A stretch of DNA of 64,000 nucleotides from Gammaproteobacteria bacterium (lineage in GTDB: Bacteria; Pseudomonadota; Gammaproteobacteria; SZUA-140): the NCBI GenBank assembly GCA_026982565.1, contig JALSGV010000042.1, positions 11,956-75,955 of the forward strand, read 5' to 3'. Below are positions 37,538 through 47,766 of this stretch, piece after piece. The notes under the pieces are model-generated. The model did not search any database, was not told the DNA's origin, and saw only the letters and a program-made list of their open reading frames with translations. Each line of letters starts with the position of its first letter. Position 1 is the first letter of the stretch. The translations under genes and the position numbers were made by a program.

Positions 37538-38734
37538 TCAGACAGTGGCCGGCACCTCGTTTTCCGTCACCTTCAGCAAGGAGTTGATCTCTCCAAACAG
37601 GTTGCTGATGCGGTTGGGGTTGTTGGGGTCCTCCTGCCACTTGCCGTCGATGATGAGGCGGTACTGATAGGTGCCGGGCTTGATCCTCATCGTCTTGACG
37701 ATAGCCTCGTGGTCGACGCGTGTTTCGACATTGTGGTCGGGTATCCAGTTGTTAAAATCACCGGCGATTTTCAGGTCTCTGGTGGGGATATCTGAAAATC
37801 TCAGTGTCACTGTGGTCAGGTCTTTATCACATTGGTCCCCGTCGTCACGGGAGACTCGTATGATACTGGGCTCCTGCATAAAGATCGCGGTCGCTTCATC
37901 CTCATCCTTGATGACCTGTACATGCAGTTCCCGCGTGATGTGCTCTTCCAGAAGGGCAAGATCACGGCTGAACTGCACAGTCGCTGTGCGGTGCATGATT
38001 TCATCCGCCAGGCGCTGGTAGTCGGCTGCTCCCAGGGTCTTGGGTGCATAGACAGTGATCGGTTTCCCCTGCCAGGCGGCTTCTTTCAGGCGGACGGTGT
38101 AGTGTATGCAGACTTTCAGGATCTCCTCTGCGAAGTGATCCTGTATCTCATGCAGGACATTGCGTGTGAAGCGTGTGCGATAGTCCACCATGGTGGGGAG
38201 TATGGCAAGGGGGATGTCCAGGTGGTATTTCTCCGCCACCAGGTTGACGGTTTCCTGCAGGCGCTCGATGCCATCCAGTGAAAACCGACTCATTTCGATG
38301 GGCACCAGCACCATGTCGGCGCAGCGCAGGGCATTGAAGGCCAGCAGGCTCAGCGCCGGCGGGCAGTCGATGATGATGTAGTCATAGTTGTTCTTGAGCG
38401 GCTCGAGGTGCATGTCCAGCTGCCGCTCGCGTTTCGCCAGGTCGGCGAGCAGGTGCTCGACGGCCGCCAGAGAGATCGTGGCGGGGACAAGGTCGACGCC
38501 TTCGGCGACATTGTTGAGAATCACTTCATCCAGTTCCATATCCTGGGTAAAGACCTCGTAGAGCCCTGCCACGTCCTCGCAACGCCGTCCCAGGCCCAGC
38601 GAGGCATGCCCCTGGGGGTCCATGTCGATGAGCAGGATGCGGTGTTGCATCTCCCCAAGACTTGCCGCCAGGTTGATCGCTGTCGTCGTCTTCCCGCAGC
38701 CGCCCTTCTGATTGGCAATCGCAATTACTGTCAT
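37538..38734 (-). CDS. ParA/MinD-family ATPase fused to a C-terminal CBM48 (AMPK-beta glycogen-binding-type) domain
   Basis: Deviant Walker A NQKGGCGKTTTAINLA, then LLIDMDPQG and IIIDCPP. The C-terminal ~85 aa read TVTLRF...LKIAGDFNNW...IKPGTYQYRLIIDGKWQEDPNNP. ATG 38734 is chosen because of SD AAGGAGGA; the ORF is listed from GTG 38818. Confidence 0.85.
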   Translation of the reverse strand: MTVIAIANQKGGCGKTTTAINLAASLGEMQHRILLIDMDPQGHASLGLGRRCEDVAGLYEVFTQDMELDEVILNNVAEGVDLVPATISLAAVEHLLADLAKRERQLDMHLEPLKNNYDYIIIDCPPALSLLAFNALRCADMVLVPIEMSRFSLDGIERLQETVNLVAEKYHLDIPLAILPTMVDYRTRFTRNVLHEIQDHFAEEILKVCIHYTVRLKEAAWQGKPITVYAPKTLGAADYQRLADEIMHRTATVQFSRDLALLEEHITRELHVQVIKDEDEATAIFMQEPSIIRVSRDDGDQCDKDLTTVTLRFSDIPTRDLKIAGDFNNWIPDHNVETRVDHEAIVKTMRIKPGTYQYRLIIDGKWQEDPNNPNRISNLFGEINSLLKVTENEVPATV

Positions 38735-38835
38735 ACCTGTGTTCCTCCTTTTGTCGAGCCTCCTGTTGAGGGAGTCTCTCTGCCCGAGATTTCCCGTCCC
38801 GAACTGCATGGGCGCCACTGTTCTTTCGCTATATG

Positions 38836-39303
38836 CTATATCCCTTGTTCATGGCATTGTGCTGGGTTTGCTTCCGGGAACAATTCCCCTTGGCCGCTTG
38901 CCAGGCCCTGCTGTTTCTGTTGTTGCGTCACTTCGCGTTGGAACTGTGCAATGGGCAGTATCCATTCCTGTCCTGTCAATGTTTCGAAGACGGCCCCTTC
39001 ATGAAAAACCAGGATGACATCGCCAGTGGCCAGCAGCGACAGCTCGGACAAGGGCTGCCGGAGATGGGGGAGGGTCCTGGTCAGGGCGGTGATGCTTTTG
39101 CGGAGTTTCTGCAGGGAAACACCGGCGTCGATGAGGCGTTTGGCGGTTTTGAGTGCGATGAGGTCGGGGAAGGTGTAGCGCGCATGGCCGCCGGGTGTCT
39201 GTTGCGAGGGGATAATCAGCCCGATCTTGCGCCAATAGGCAAGTTGGCGTTGGCTGACTCCCGTGATTTGAATAGCTTGCCGGCTTGTGAATACCGTTGC
39301 CAT
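38836..39303 (-). CDS. MerR-family HTH protein
   Basis: MATVFTSRQAIQITGVSQRQLAYWRKIGLIIPS...GHARYTFPDLIALKTAKRL is a MerR-type N-terminal HTH. The C-terminal ~80 aa are unassigned. Confidence 0.75.
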   Translation of the reverse strand: MATVFTSRQAIQITGVSQRQLAYWRKIGLIIPSQQTPGGHARYTFPDLIALKTAKRLIDAGVSLQKLRKSITALTRTLPHLRQPLSELSLLATGDVILVFHEGAVFETLTGQEWILPIAQFQREVTQQQKQQGLASGQGELFPEANPAQCHEQGI

Positions 39304-39604
39304 CAAATTGTTCCCGCCCTTCTGCGAGTGATAACACATAATTCTGGTAGGAAAAAGAAAAATGTCAAGGAAAAATGACAAAAAAACGAAAAATTGTCTA
39401 TGTCAGTATTATTTTTTCAGGATTATTCATAATATTTGATGCGGTCATGATGGTTTTTGCAAAGTAAGCCCATGCAAGAGCTTCAGGGCGGGAGTTTGTG
39501 GTGTCCATTCCGGAAACATTGCATTTTCAGCAATTACTGTTATAACTATGCACTTTCGCTATCTTGGAAAATGGGAATCAATAACAATTAGGGGGAGTTG
39601 TCAC

Positions 39605-40642
39605 GTGAAAAAGAGTCTGATCACCTTTGCCGTCGCCGCTGCCATCGCCGCGCCGATGACCGCCAATGCCGCTGAAGCCAAGGCGAAATCAAAGTTTTTT
39701 GGTTATACCCAAATCACTGCAGCCTATGGTAAAGGCCAATACGACAATAATGATGCTGATGGGCTGCGCTTCGGCGCCGACAGCGTCCGTCTGGGATACA
39801 AGCTCAAGTACGACAAGATCTGGGGCATGCTGCAGATCGATGTCAACAAGACCGACAAGGCTGACAATATCGGGATACCGGAGATCATCAAGGACGCGGT
39901 AGTGGGTTACAAATTCAAGGATGTCGCCAAGGTCAGTGCAGGTGTCTTCAAGACACCCGTCGGCATGGATTTCAGCAATCCCAGCAAGCAACTGGATATT
40001 ACCAAGCGCGGCATGGAAACGGGTCTGGTGCTGGAACGTGCTGCCGGTCTCATGCTCAGCGGCCGGAGTTCAGGCGGATTTGGTTACGACTTGGGTGTGT
40101 TCAATCCTGCCCAGCGTTCTGCCGCAGTGGACTACGGCAGTGCCGGTGATGGCATCGCCTATGCCGGTCGTCTGCTGTACGACATGGGGGAGACGTTTCA
40201 CGCCGAGGCATCCTATGGCACCAGCACCCAGGATTCCAGCGCAACCGGAGAGGACTACACTGTTTGGGGGCTGGGAAGCACCTTCAAGACAGGAGCCATG
40301 GTCTTCAAGGCGGAATATGTTGCCGGTACCGATGTCAAAGGTAAAAAAGGCTACGAGGAAAGCGTCTGGTTTCTGCATGCTGGATACGCCATCAACAAAA
40401 AGAACGAAGTTGTTATCCGTCACTACGCAGCCAACAGCAAGAAGGGTGATGGCAGTGAAACCGATCTGGGCAACACCTATATCGGATGGAATATTTTTCT
40501 TGCCGAAAACAAAAAGAATGCCCGTGTCCAGCTGAACTACGTGGTGGCCACCGGGGATGACAAGACCTTCAGCGGCGCGGCTACCAAGAAGTATGCCTAC
40601 ACCGACGATGTCTTCCTGGCACAGTTTCAGGTGGGTTTCTGA
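39605..40642 (+). CDS. outer-membrane porin (OprO/P-like)
   Basis: GTG start after SD AGGGGGAG. Signal peptide KKSLITFAVAAAIAAPMTANA, beta-strand alternation, C-terminal F. Confidence 0.7.
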   Translation: MKKSLITFAVAAAIAAPMTANAAEAKAKSKFFGYTQITAAYGKGQYDNNDADGLRFGADSVRLGYKLKYDKIWGMLQIDVNKTDKADNIGIPEIIKDAVVGYKFKDVAKVSAGVFKTPVGMDFSNPSKQLDITKRGMETGLVLERAAGLMLSGRSSGGFGYDLGVFNPAQRSAAVDYGSAGDGIAYAGRLLYDMGETFHAEASYGTSTQDSSATGEDYTVWGLGSTFKTGAMVFKAEYVAGTDVKGKKGYEESVWFLHAGYAINKKNEVVIRHYAANSKKGDGSETDLGNTYIGWNIFLAENKKNARVQLNYVVATGDDKTFSGAATKKYAYTDDVFLAQFQVGF

Positions 40643-40664
40643 GCCTGGCCCGGACGGCCATTTG

Positions 40665-40689
40665 ATCCCCCGGCGTTGCCGGGGGATTT
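40665..40689 (+). terminator. intrinsic terminator after the porin gene
   Basis: ATCCCCCGGC-GTT-GCCGGGGGAT followed by TT. Confidence 0.65.
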
Positions 40690-40853
40690 CATAGAGTGTT
40701 GCCGGTCATCCTGGAAGCTCAATATTTGCATTTTCTCTCCGGATTTTCACTTATACCTGCCGCCTGATTTCAGAAAGCGTTTCACCTTGAGGGCCAGGGG
40801 CGCCCGGCTTCTTCGTGCGCGTTGCAGGGATCGGATACTCACAGGGCAATTTC

Positions 40854-41627
40854 ATGCGCGTAATCAGCTTGAATATAAATGGCATACGTGCCGGCGCCCG
40901 TAAGGGCTTTTTTGACTGGCTGGCCACTCAAAATGCCGATATTGTCTGTATCCAGGAGACCAAGGCCCAGGAACATCAACTGTCCGATGGAGTCTTCCGC
41001 CCCGACGGTTATCATGCCTATTACTTTGATGCCCGGAAGCCCGGCTACAGTGGTGTTGCAATTTTCAGCCGTCACAAGCCGCTGCGGGTGATCAAAGGAT
41101 TGGGCTGGGTGGACATGGATGCCGAAGGGCGCTATATCCAATTGGACTTCAAAGTCCTGAGTGTCAGCTCCCTGTATCTGCCCTCCGGTTCCAGCAGTGA
41201 GCAGCGCCAGGCCGTGAAGTTCGATTTTCTGGAGCGCTTGCTACCGTTGCTAGAGGCGTTCCGGCGCAAGCGCCGGGAGTACATCCTGTGTGGTGACTGG
41301 AACATTGCTCACAAAAAAATCGATATCAAGAATTGGCGTGGCAACCAGAAGCACTCCGGGTTCTTGCCTGAGGAACGGGCATGGATGGATGAACTGTTTG
41401 GCTCCCTGGGTTATGTAGATGCTTTCCGTGTCGTCAATCAGGAGCCTGACCAGTATACGTGGTGGTCCAACCGTGGCCAGGCCTGGGCCAAGAATGTGGG
41501 TTGGCGCATCGATTATCAGGTGATCACACCTGGGCTCAGGAGCAAGGTCAGTGCTGTGTCGATCTACAAGGAACAGCGCTTCTCCGACCATGCGCCATTG
41601 ATTGTGGACTACGATCTCGAGCTGTGA
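40854..41627 (+). CDS. xthA: exodeoxyribonuclease III
   Basis: MRVISLNINGIRA...IVCIQETK...SDHAPLIVDY. Confidence 0.9.
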   Translation: MRVISLNINGIRAGARKGFFDWLATQNADIVCIQETKAQEHQLSDGVFRPDGYHAYYFDARKPGYSGVAIFSRHKPLRVIKGLGWVDMDAEGRYIQLDFKVLSVSSLYLPSGSSSEQRQAVKFDFLERLLPLLEAFRRKRREYILCGDWNIAHKKIDIKNWRGNQKHSGFLPEERAWMDELFGSLGYVDAFRVVNQEPDQYTWWSNRGQAWAKNVGWRIDYQVITPGLRSKVSAVSIYKEQRFSDHAPLIVDYDLEL

Positions 41628-41940
41628 ATTCTTTGCTGGGACCAGGCGCCACTGATCGTCGAATAACTCTCATGCGGTGCGATCCGCCTCCATAATTTGG
41701 CTCAAATGCTCATTTTCTGCTGCGGGTAAATCCTGTTTTTCGCCAGATCATGCTTTATTGTGCCCTTGCCTGGGGCTTTCTCAACAGCGGGCTAAGACTA
41801 TTGCTTTTGCCGGCATACAACTTATCATGTTGGGCTGCTTTGTCCGGGAGGGACAAGACGCGGAGAGTCCCTTAACATAAATCTGAAGGAGCCTCTGATC
41901 AATCAGAGGCAGCCTAGTTCAAACTTTTGGGGAGGACCTT

Positions 41941-43095
41941 ATGAGAAAGGATACGTTGGCGCTGGCCGTGGCGGCAGTGATAGGGGCCGGTGTGTACACG
42001 CCGGCAGGCCATGCAGGAGGGGTAAGCTACAAGGATGGAGACAAATTTATCACCATTGGTGGACGAGTCCAGGTGCAATATTACAATTCCGATCCTGACA
42101 ATGGCAGCAGCACGGACAAGGTGTTTTTCCGCCGCCTGCGCCCCTACATTTCCGGCAGCCTCTATCCCGACTGGGTGGCCAAGTTTCAGTGGGACATGGG
42201 CGGTGCGATAGGCGACAACGAAATATCCGTCAAGGATGCCTACATCAAGTACTCAGGCTTCAAGAATACCAGGATTCTACTCGGCAACGTGGTTTTCCCG
42301 TTTTCCCGCGAGTTCGTCACCTCGTCCAAGTTCCAGCAGTTCGTGGAACGTGAGTTCGTCGGCGACAGCAAGTATGGCACGCCGGAGTGGAACATGGGCA
42401 TCCATGCCAATGGCAGCAATGCCAGCAAGAATGTGACCTGGGGCGCGGCCATTGCCGAGGCCAGCATCGACCCCGACAACTCGCGCATCGATTTCGATAC
42501 CCCAGCGAACAAACAGAAGGACTTCAACCAGGGCTGGATCATCGGTGGCCGCATCGACTATCACCCCTTCGGCAATCTGAAATTTTCCCAGGGTGATTTC
42601 AAGCGTGAGCAGAAAGCTACAATCGGTATCGCTGCGTACACCTGGAGTAATGATGGCGATGTGCAGAATAATAAATTGCCACCGCCGGATACAAAGGATA
42701 CCGACGTGGACTCAGTCGCCGGTTTTGAAATCAGTGCTGCCTACCGCAACAAGGGCTTCTCTGCGGATGCCCAATATAACCGGTTCGATTCGGAACTCAA
42801 GGACAGCACGGTTACAGGTGGCCTGTATAAAAATGGGGAAACAACCCTGGAGAACCGGATGATCAAGGGCGGCTATATGGTCATGCCCAGCACCCTGGAG
42901 CTGGTGGCCGGTTATGCCAGCCAGGATGCCGACGGTTACAAGGAAACCTGGAACCGTATCACCTTCGGCGCCAACTGGTACATCCATCAGCACAATCTCA
43001 AGTACCAGTTGACCTACCGCATGAACGAAAACAAGGGCGGCGCCAAGGGGAATGACGAGAACGAGCTGTACCTGCAGGCACAGTTCGTGTTTTAA
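41941..43095 (+). CDS. phosphate-selective porin O/P family outer-membrane protein
   Basis: Signal peptide; FFRRLRPYISG...VKDAYIKY...FPFSREF..S.KFQQFVERE matches the family pattern; C-terminal QFVF. Confidence 0.75.
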   Translation: MRKDTLALAVAAVIGAGVYTPAGHAGGVSYKDGDKFITIGGRVQVQYYNSDPDNGSSTDKVFFRRLRPYISGSLYPDWVAKFQWDMGGAIGDNEISVKDAYIKYSGFKNTRILLGNVVFPFSREFVTSSKFQQFVEREFVGDSKYGTPEWNMGIHANGSNASKNVTWGAAIAEASIDPDNSRIDFDTPANKQKDFNQGWIIGGRIDYHPFGNLKFSQGDFKREQKATIGIAAYTWSNDGDVQNNKLPPPDTKDTDVDSVAGFEISAAYRNKGFSADAQYNRFDSELKDSTVTGGLYKNGETTLENRMIKGGYMVMPSTLELVAGYASQDADGYKETWNRITFGANWYIHQHNLKYQLTYRMNENKGGAKGNDENELYLQAQFVF

Positions 43096-43123
43096 AGCCT
43101 CTTCCGGATAAAGCGGCAACATG

Positions 43124-43150
43124 AAAAACGGGGCCAAAGGCCCCGTTTTT
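43124..43150. terminator. bidirectional intrinsic terminator (porin / ggt)
   Basis: AAAAA-CGGGGCC-AAA-GGCCCCG-TTTTT. Confidence 0.8.
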
Positions 43151-44868
43151 CATTGGGCAGGCCTTGCCGGAATCACGGTTGCCAGGCCATTGCCGCGCGG
43201 ATCGCTGGCCGCGGCGACCCGGTTTTTTCCCTGATCCCACAGTATGGCCTGCATGTTCCCGTAAGGCCTGCCGCGCGCCTTCAGCCGATGTCCCAGCCTT
43301 TTCAGGGTGGCTATTTCGTCAGGGTCGAGCGCGCCAGGTTCATAGGTGATGGTATCCGGCAGATACTGGTGATGAAAGCGTCCGGTGGCGACCCAGGAGC
43401 GCGGGCCGTTGCCCTGGGCGAAGTCCAGGATGCCCAGCAACACCATGGTGATGATGCGGCTGCCGCCCGGCGTTCCAAGGATGGCCACGCCGCGCCCGGG
43501 GGCTTCCACGAAGGTGGGGCTCATGCTGGACAGGGGACGCTTGCCCGGGGCGATGGCGTTACTGGCCGCGCCCACCAGTCCGTAGACATTGGGCGTGCCC
43601 GGCTTGGCTGAGAAGTCGTCCATTTCATCGTTGAGCAGTACGCCGCTGCCAGGCGGCACAAAGGCAGCGCCGAAAGGGAAGTTGATGGAGAGGGTGGCCG
43701 CCACCCGGTTTCCTTCACTGTCCAGAATGGAGAAATGCGTGGTATCGGCGCCCGCCGATACGATTGTGAAGCCCGGCAGGCTGCGGCTGGGGGTGGCGCG
43801 GTCCAGGCGAATGGACTGGCTGAGGCCGGCGCCGTAGTAAGGGTGGATGAGCCGCGTGACGGGGATGTCCACGAAGTCCGGGTCGCCGAGGTACTCGGCG
43901 CGGTCGCGGTAGGCGCGGCGCATGGCCTCGACGATGAGATGCTTGCGCGTGGCGGTGGGCAGCGCTTCCAGCTCATAGTTGGCCAGAATGTTGAGCATGG
44001 TCAGCAGGGCGATGCCGCCTGAGGAGGGGGGGGCGGCGGAGACGATTTTCATGCCGCGGTAGGCGCCCGTGATGGGCTCGCGCTCCACCACGCGATATTG
44101 TTGCAAGTCTTCCAGTGTCCAGATACCGCCTGCTTCACGCACTCCCGCCACCAGGCGCCTGGCGACGGGGCCCTGGTAGAATCCTGCCGCCCCTCGTGTG
44201 GCGATGGCCTCCAGGGTCCGCGCCAGGTCGGGCTGCCTGATGACATGCCCGGTCTGCGGCACCTCATTGTCCTGCAGGAAGATGGCTGCGGCGGCCGGAG
44301 ACTGACGCAGGGCCTCTAGGCGGAAGCGGGCCATCCTGAGATAGTGTTCATCGACTGGAAAACCTTCCCCAGCCAGACGGATGGCCGGTGCGAGGCTGGT
44401 GGCGAGCGGCAGCCTGCCATAGGCGTTGGCCAGATGGTCCAGGGCCGCAGCCGTGCCGGGGATGGCGGCAGCCAGGGGGCCGTCCACCGACAGGCGGGGA
44501 ACGACCTCGCCCTTGTCATCAAGGTACATGTCCCGGGTGGCCGCCAGGGGCGCCCGCTCTCTGCCGTCGATCATGACATCATGGGCATCACGGCTGCGAT
44601 GCAGCAGCCAGAAGCCACCGCCGCCCAGGCCGGAACCCGTGGGTTCCACCACCGCCAGCGCGGCGGTCACGGCGATGGCGGCATCGAAGGCATTGCCGCC
44701 GGCGTCCAGAATCTCCACTCCGGCGCGGGTGGCCAGGGGGTGGGCGCTGGCGACGGCGCTGGCCGGCGGCGTCTGGGCGTGGAGGGAGGAAAAGGCGAGG
44801 AACAGGACGATGCCCAGTACGGCGCCATGCCGATGGATCGGTTGCCGCATGGTGAAGGTCCTGTTCAT
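43150..44868 (-). CDS. ggt: gamma-glutamyltransferase
   Basis: 572 aa, signal peptide, autoprocessing/nucleophile context GADTTHFSILD. Confidence 0.9.
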   Translation of the reverse strand: MNRTFTMRQPIHRHGAVLGIVLFLAFSSLHAQTPPASAVASAHPLATRAGVEILDAGGNAFDAAIAVTAALAVVEPTGSGLGGGGFWLLHRSRDAHDVMIDGRERAPLAATRDMYLDDKGEVVPRLSVDGPLAAAIPGTAAALDHLANAYGRLPLATSLAPAIRLAGEGFPVDEHYLRMARFRLEALRQSPAAAAIFLQDNEVPQTGHVIRQPDLARTLEAIATRGAAGFYQGPVARRLVAGVREAGGIWTLEDLQQYRVVEREPITGAYRGMKIVSAAPPSSGGIALLTMLNILANYELEALPTATRKHLIVEAMRRAYRDRAEYLGDPDFVDIPVTRLIHPYYGAGLSQSIRLDRATPSRSLPGFTIVSAGADTTHFSILDSEGNRVAATLSINFPFGAAFVPPGSGVLLNDEMDDFSAKPGTPNVYGLVGAASNAIAPGKRPLSSMSPTFVEAPGRGVAILGTPGGSRIITMVLLGILDFAQGNGPRSWVATGRFHHQYLPDTITYEPGALDPDEIATLKRLGHRLKARGRPYGNMQAILWDQGKNRVAAASDPRGNGLATVIPARPAQ

Positions 44869-44878
44869 GATATGAACA

Positions 44879-45148
<270 letters not shown>

Positions 45149-45241
45149 TTACTTCTCTGGATCGATAGATCAGGCTGTTGATTAAACTATATTATTGCCG
45201 GGTTAATACTGTGTGATCCCGCTGCAAGCGGCTTAATTTAC

Positions 45242-45758
<517 letters not shown>

Positions 45759-45802
45759 TCAGTATGTACACAGGCGAACAGTTTAACAAAAACAAGGGCG
45801 TA

Positions 45803-46366
45803 TCACGCCGCTGAATCACGCCTGCGGGCGAGATGGTACCCGACATCGCCCGCATGTTTGCTGCGCTGCAGCTCCCAGCCAGGGGGCAGCTGCAGCGTGG
45901 TCCGGCTGCTGGCCTCCACGTAGATCCAGGCCGATGCGCCCAACAAGGGGCTGTCTGCCAGTCTGCGGGCCCAATCGTTGATGTCGTCGCGGTAGGGGGG
46001 GTCGAGAAAGACGATATCGAAAGGTTTCTCGCGGCTAGTGGCAAGAAATTGCCTGGCATCCATCCATTGGACGTGGACATTGTCGGTCTGCAGCAGTTCC
46101 ACATTCTTCTGCAGGGTCTGCACGACCCGCAGGTCCTCTTCAACCAGGATTGCCGCGGCGGCGCCCCGTGAAACGGCCTCGAAGCCGAAGGCGCCGCTGC
46201 CCGCGAACAGGTCCAGGCAGCGCGCCCCCGCGATGACGGGTTGCAGCCAGTTGAATGCCGTCTCACGCACCCGGTCAGGGGTGGGGCGGACGCCGGCGGA
46301 TGCGGCAAAGGGCAGCTTGCGGCTGCGCCACTCGCCGCCGATGATGCGCAGATGACTAACCGTCAC
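45803..46366 (-). CDS. rsmD: 16S rRNA (guanine966-N2)-methyltransferase
   Basis: LRIIGGEWRSRKL...DLFAGSGAFGFEAVSRGA...FLDPPY. The GTG start at 46366 is inferred and overlaps the upstream gene by 11 nt. Confidence 0.8.
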   Translation of the reverse strand: MTVSHLRIIGGEWRSRKLPFAASAGVRPTPDRVRETAFNWLQPVIAGARCLDLFAGSGAFGFEAVSRGAAAAILVEEDLRVVQTLQKNVELLQTDNVHVQWMDARQFLATSREKPFDIVFLDPPYRDDINDWARRLADSPLLGASAWIYVEASSRTTLQLPPGWELQRSKHAGDVGYHLARRRDSAA

Positions 46367-47714
46367 CGGGCTCTTCTGGAGCCGCGGCGCCACCCACCGT
46401 GACGGTGACCATTTTATCGGGGTGGATGCGCTTTTGAAAGGCAGTACGGATCTGCTCCATGGTAACGGCCTCCACTTTATCGTTGAAAGTGTCCAGGTAG
46501 TCCAATGGCAGCCTGTAGAAGCCGATGACGGCCAGGTTGTTGGCGATCTTGCCGTTACTGGAGATGCGCAGGGGAAAGCCGCCGGTGATGTTCTGTTTGG
46601 AGGCCTTGAGTTCATGCGCGGTGGGTCCCTTGTCGATGAAGGTCTTCAGCGTGGCGCGCAACACCGTCAGGGCCTCGTCCCTCTGGTCGTTGCGGGTCTG
46701 CAGGCCCAGGGTATAAGGGCCGGCCTGGCGCATGGGTGAAAAATAACTGTAGGCGCTATAGGCCAGGCCACGCTTCTCACGCACTTCCTCGCTGATGCGC
46801 GACACCAGCCCGCTGCCGCCCAATACATGGTTGCCCACATAGAGAGAAAAATAATCGGGATCGCCGCGCCACATGCCGGGCTGCCCCATGAGAACGTGCG
46901 TTTGGGAGGAGGGAAAATCGATGTGGATTTCCCTGCCCTCTTGCAGGGCAGGCACCTCCGCCAGGGGAGGCGCCGGCTGGCCTTCCGGCAGCATGGCGCT
47001 GAGGCGCGCCACCACTGCCTCCGTTGTCGCGCGGTCCAGGGCGCCGACCACGGCAATGACCGCATTGCGCGCCACGTAGTATTGCTGGTAGTGGGCGATG
47101 AGATCCTCGCGCGTCAATGCCTTTACACTTTTCTCCGTGCCCAGCGTCAGGGAGGCATAGGGGTGGTCGCCATACAAGGCCTCGAAAAAGGTTTTGCTGG
47201 CGATCTTGCCGGGAGACTGGCTCTGACCCTGCAGGGCAATGAGTACACGCTTGCGTTCCCGTTCGATGCTGTCGGGCGGGAAGACCGGCTTGCCTAGGAT
47301 CAAGGCCATGACATCAAGAGCCGGCTGCAGCAGGGTTTCATCGCTGAGGCTGCGCAGGCTGACGACAGCCATGTCGCGGTGGGAACTGGTGCTGAGCTGG
47401 GCGCCCACGTCTTCGAGGCGCGAGGCGATGGCGTCGGCATCCAGGTCACCGGCGCCCTGATCCAGCAGCGCGCTGGTCAGCAGGGCCGCGCCCTTGTTGC
47501 CCCCGTCGCGTGCGCTGCCACCATCGAAAATAAACTGGATGTCCACCATGGGCAGTTCCGGGGCATGCACATAGTAAACGCGCGCCCCGTTGTCCGTGGT
47601 CCAGTGCTCGATGCGCGGGGTGGCCTGGGCTGAGGTAAAGGCTGCGAGGGCCAGGGCGCAGGCCACGATGCCTGCCAACACGGGGGACTTGAGTTTTTGG
47701 TTGTTCACTGACAT
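46356..47714 (-). CDS. M16-family peptidase-like protein without the HxxEH motif (non-catalytic partner)
   Basis: Signal peptide from MSVNNQKLKSPVLAGIVACALALAAFTSAQA. The M16 fold pattern is present, but no HxxEH was seen. Confidence 0.75.
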   Translation of the reverse strand: MSVNNQKLKSPVLAGIVACALALAAFTSAQATPRIEHWTTDNGARVYYVHAPELPMVDIQFIFDGGSARDGGNKGAALLTSALLDQGAGDLDADAIASRLEDVGAQLSTSSHRDMAVVSLRSLSDETLLQPALDVMALILGKPVFPPDSIERERKRVLIALQGQSQSPGKIASKTFFEALYGDHPYASLTLGTEKSVKALTREDLIAHYQQYYVARNAVIAVVGALDRATTEAVVARLSAMLPEGQPAPPLAEVPALQEGREIHIDFPSSQTHVLMGQPGMWRGDPDYFSLYVGNHVLGGSGLVSRISEEVREKRGLAYSAYSYFSPMRQAGPYTLGLQTRNDQRDEALTVLRATLKTFIDKGPTAHELKASKQNITGGFPLRISSNGKIANNLAVIGFYRLPLDYLDTFNDKVEAVTMEQIRTAFQKRIHPDKMVTVTVGGAAAPEEPGDG

Positions 47715-47766
47715 GGCGGTTCTTTCTCCATTGCTGCCGGGCGCGCGTTCCTTGATATGTGGTGTC

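Noticed and set aside
41677-41940. 67-aa ORF and the 9-bp-arm palindrome GCCTCTGAT-CA-ATCAGAGGC upstream of the OprO/P-like porin, considered as a Pho box or regulatory peptide.
   Set aside because: The ORF has no SD. I found no match to the CTGTCAT-type Pho box. The hairpin is a single copy and of unclear meaning.
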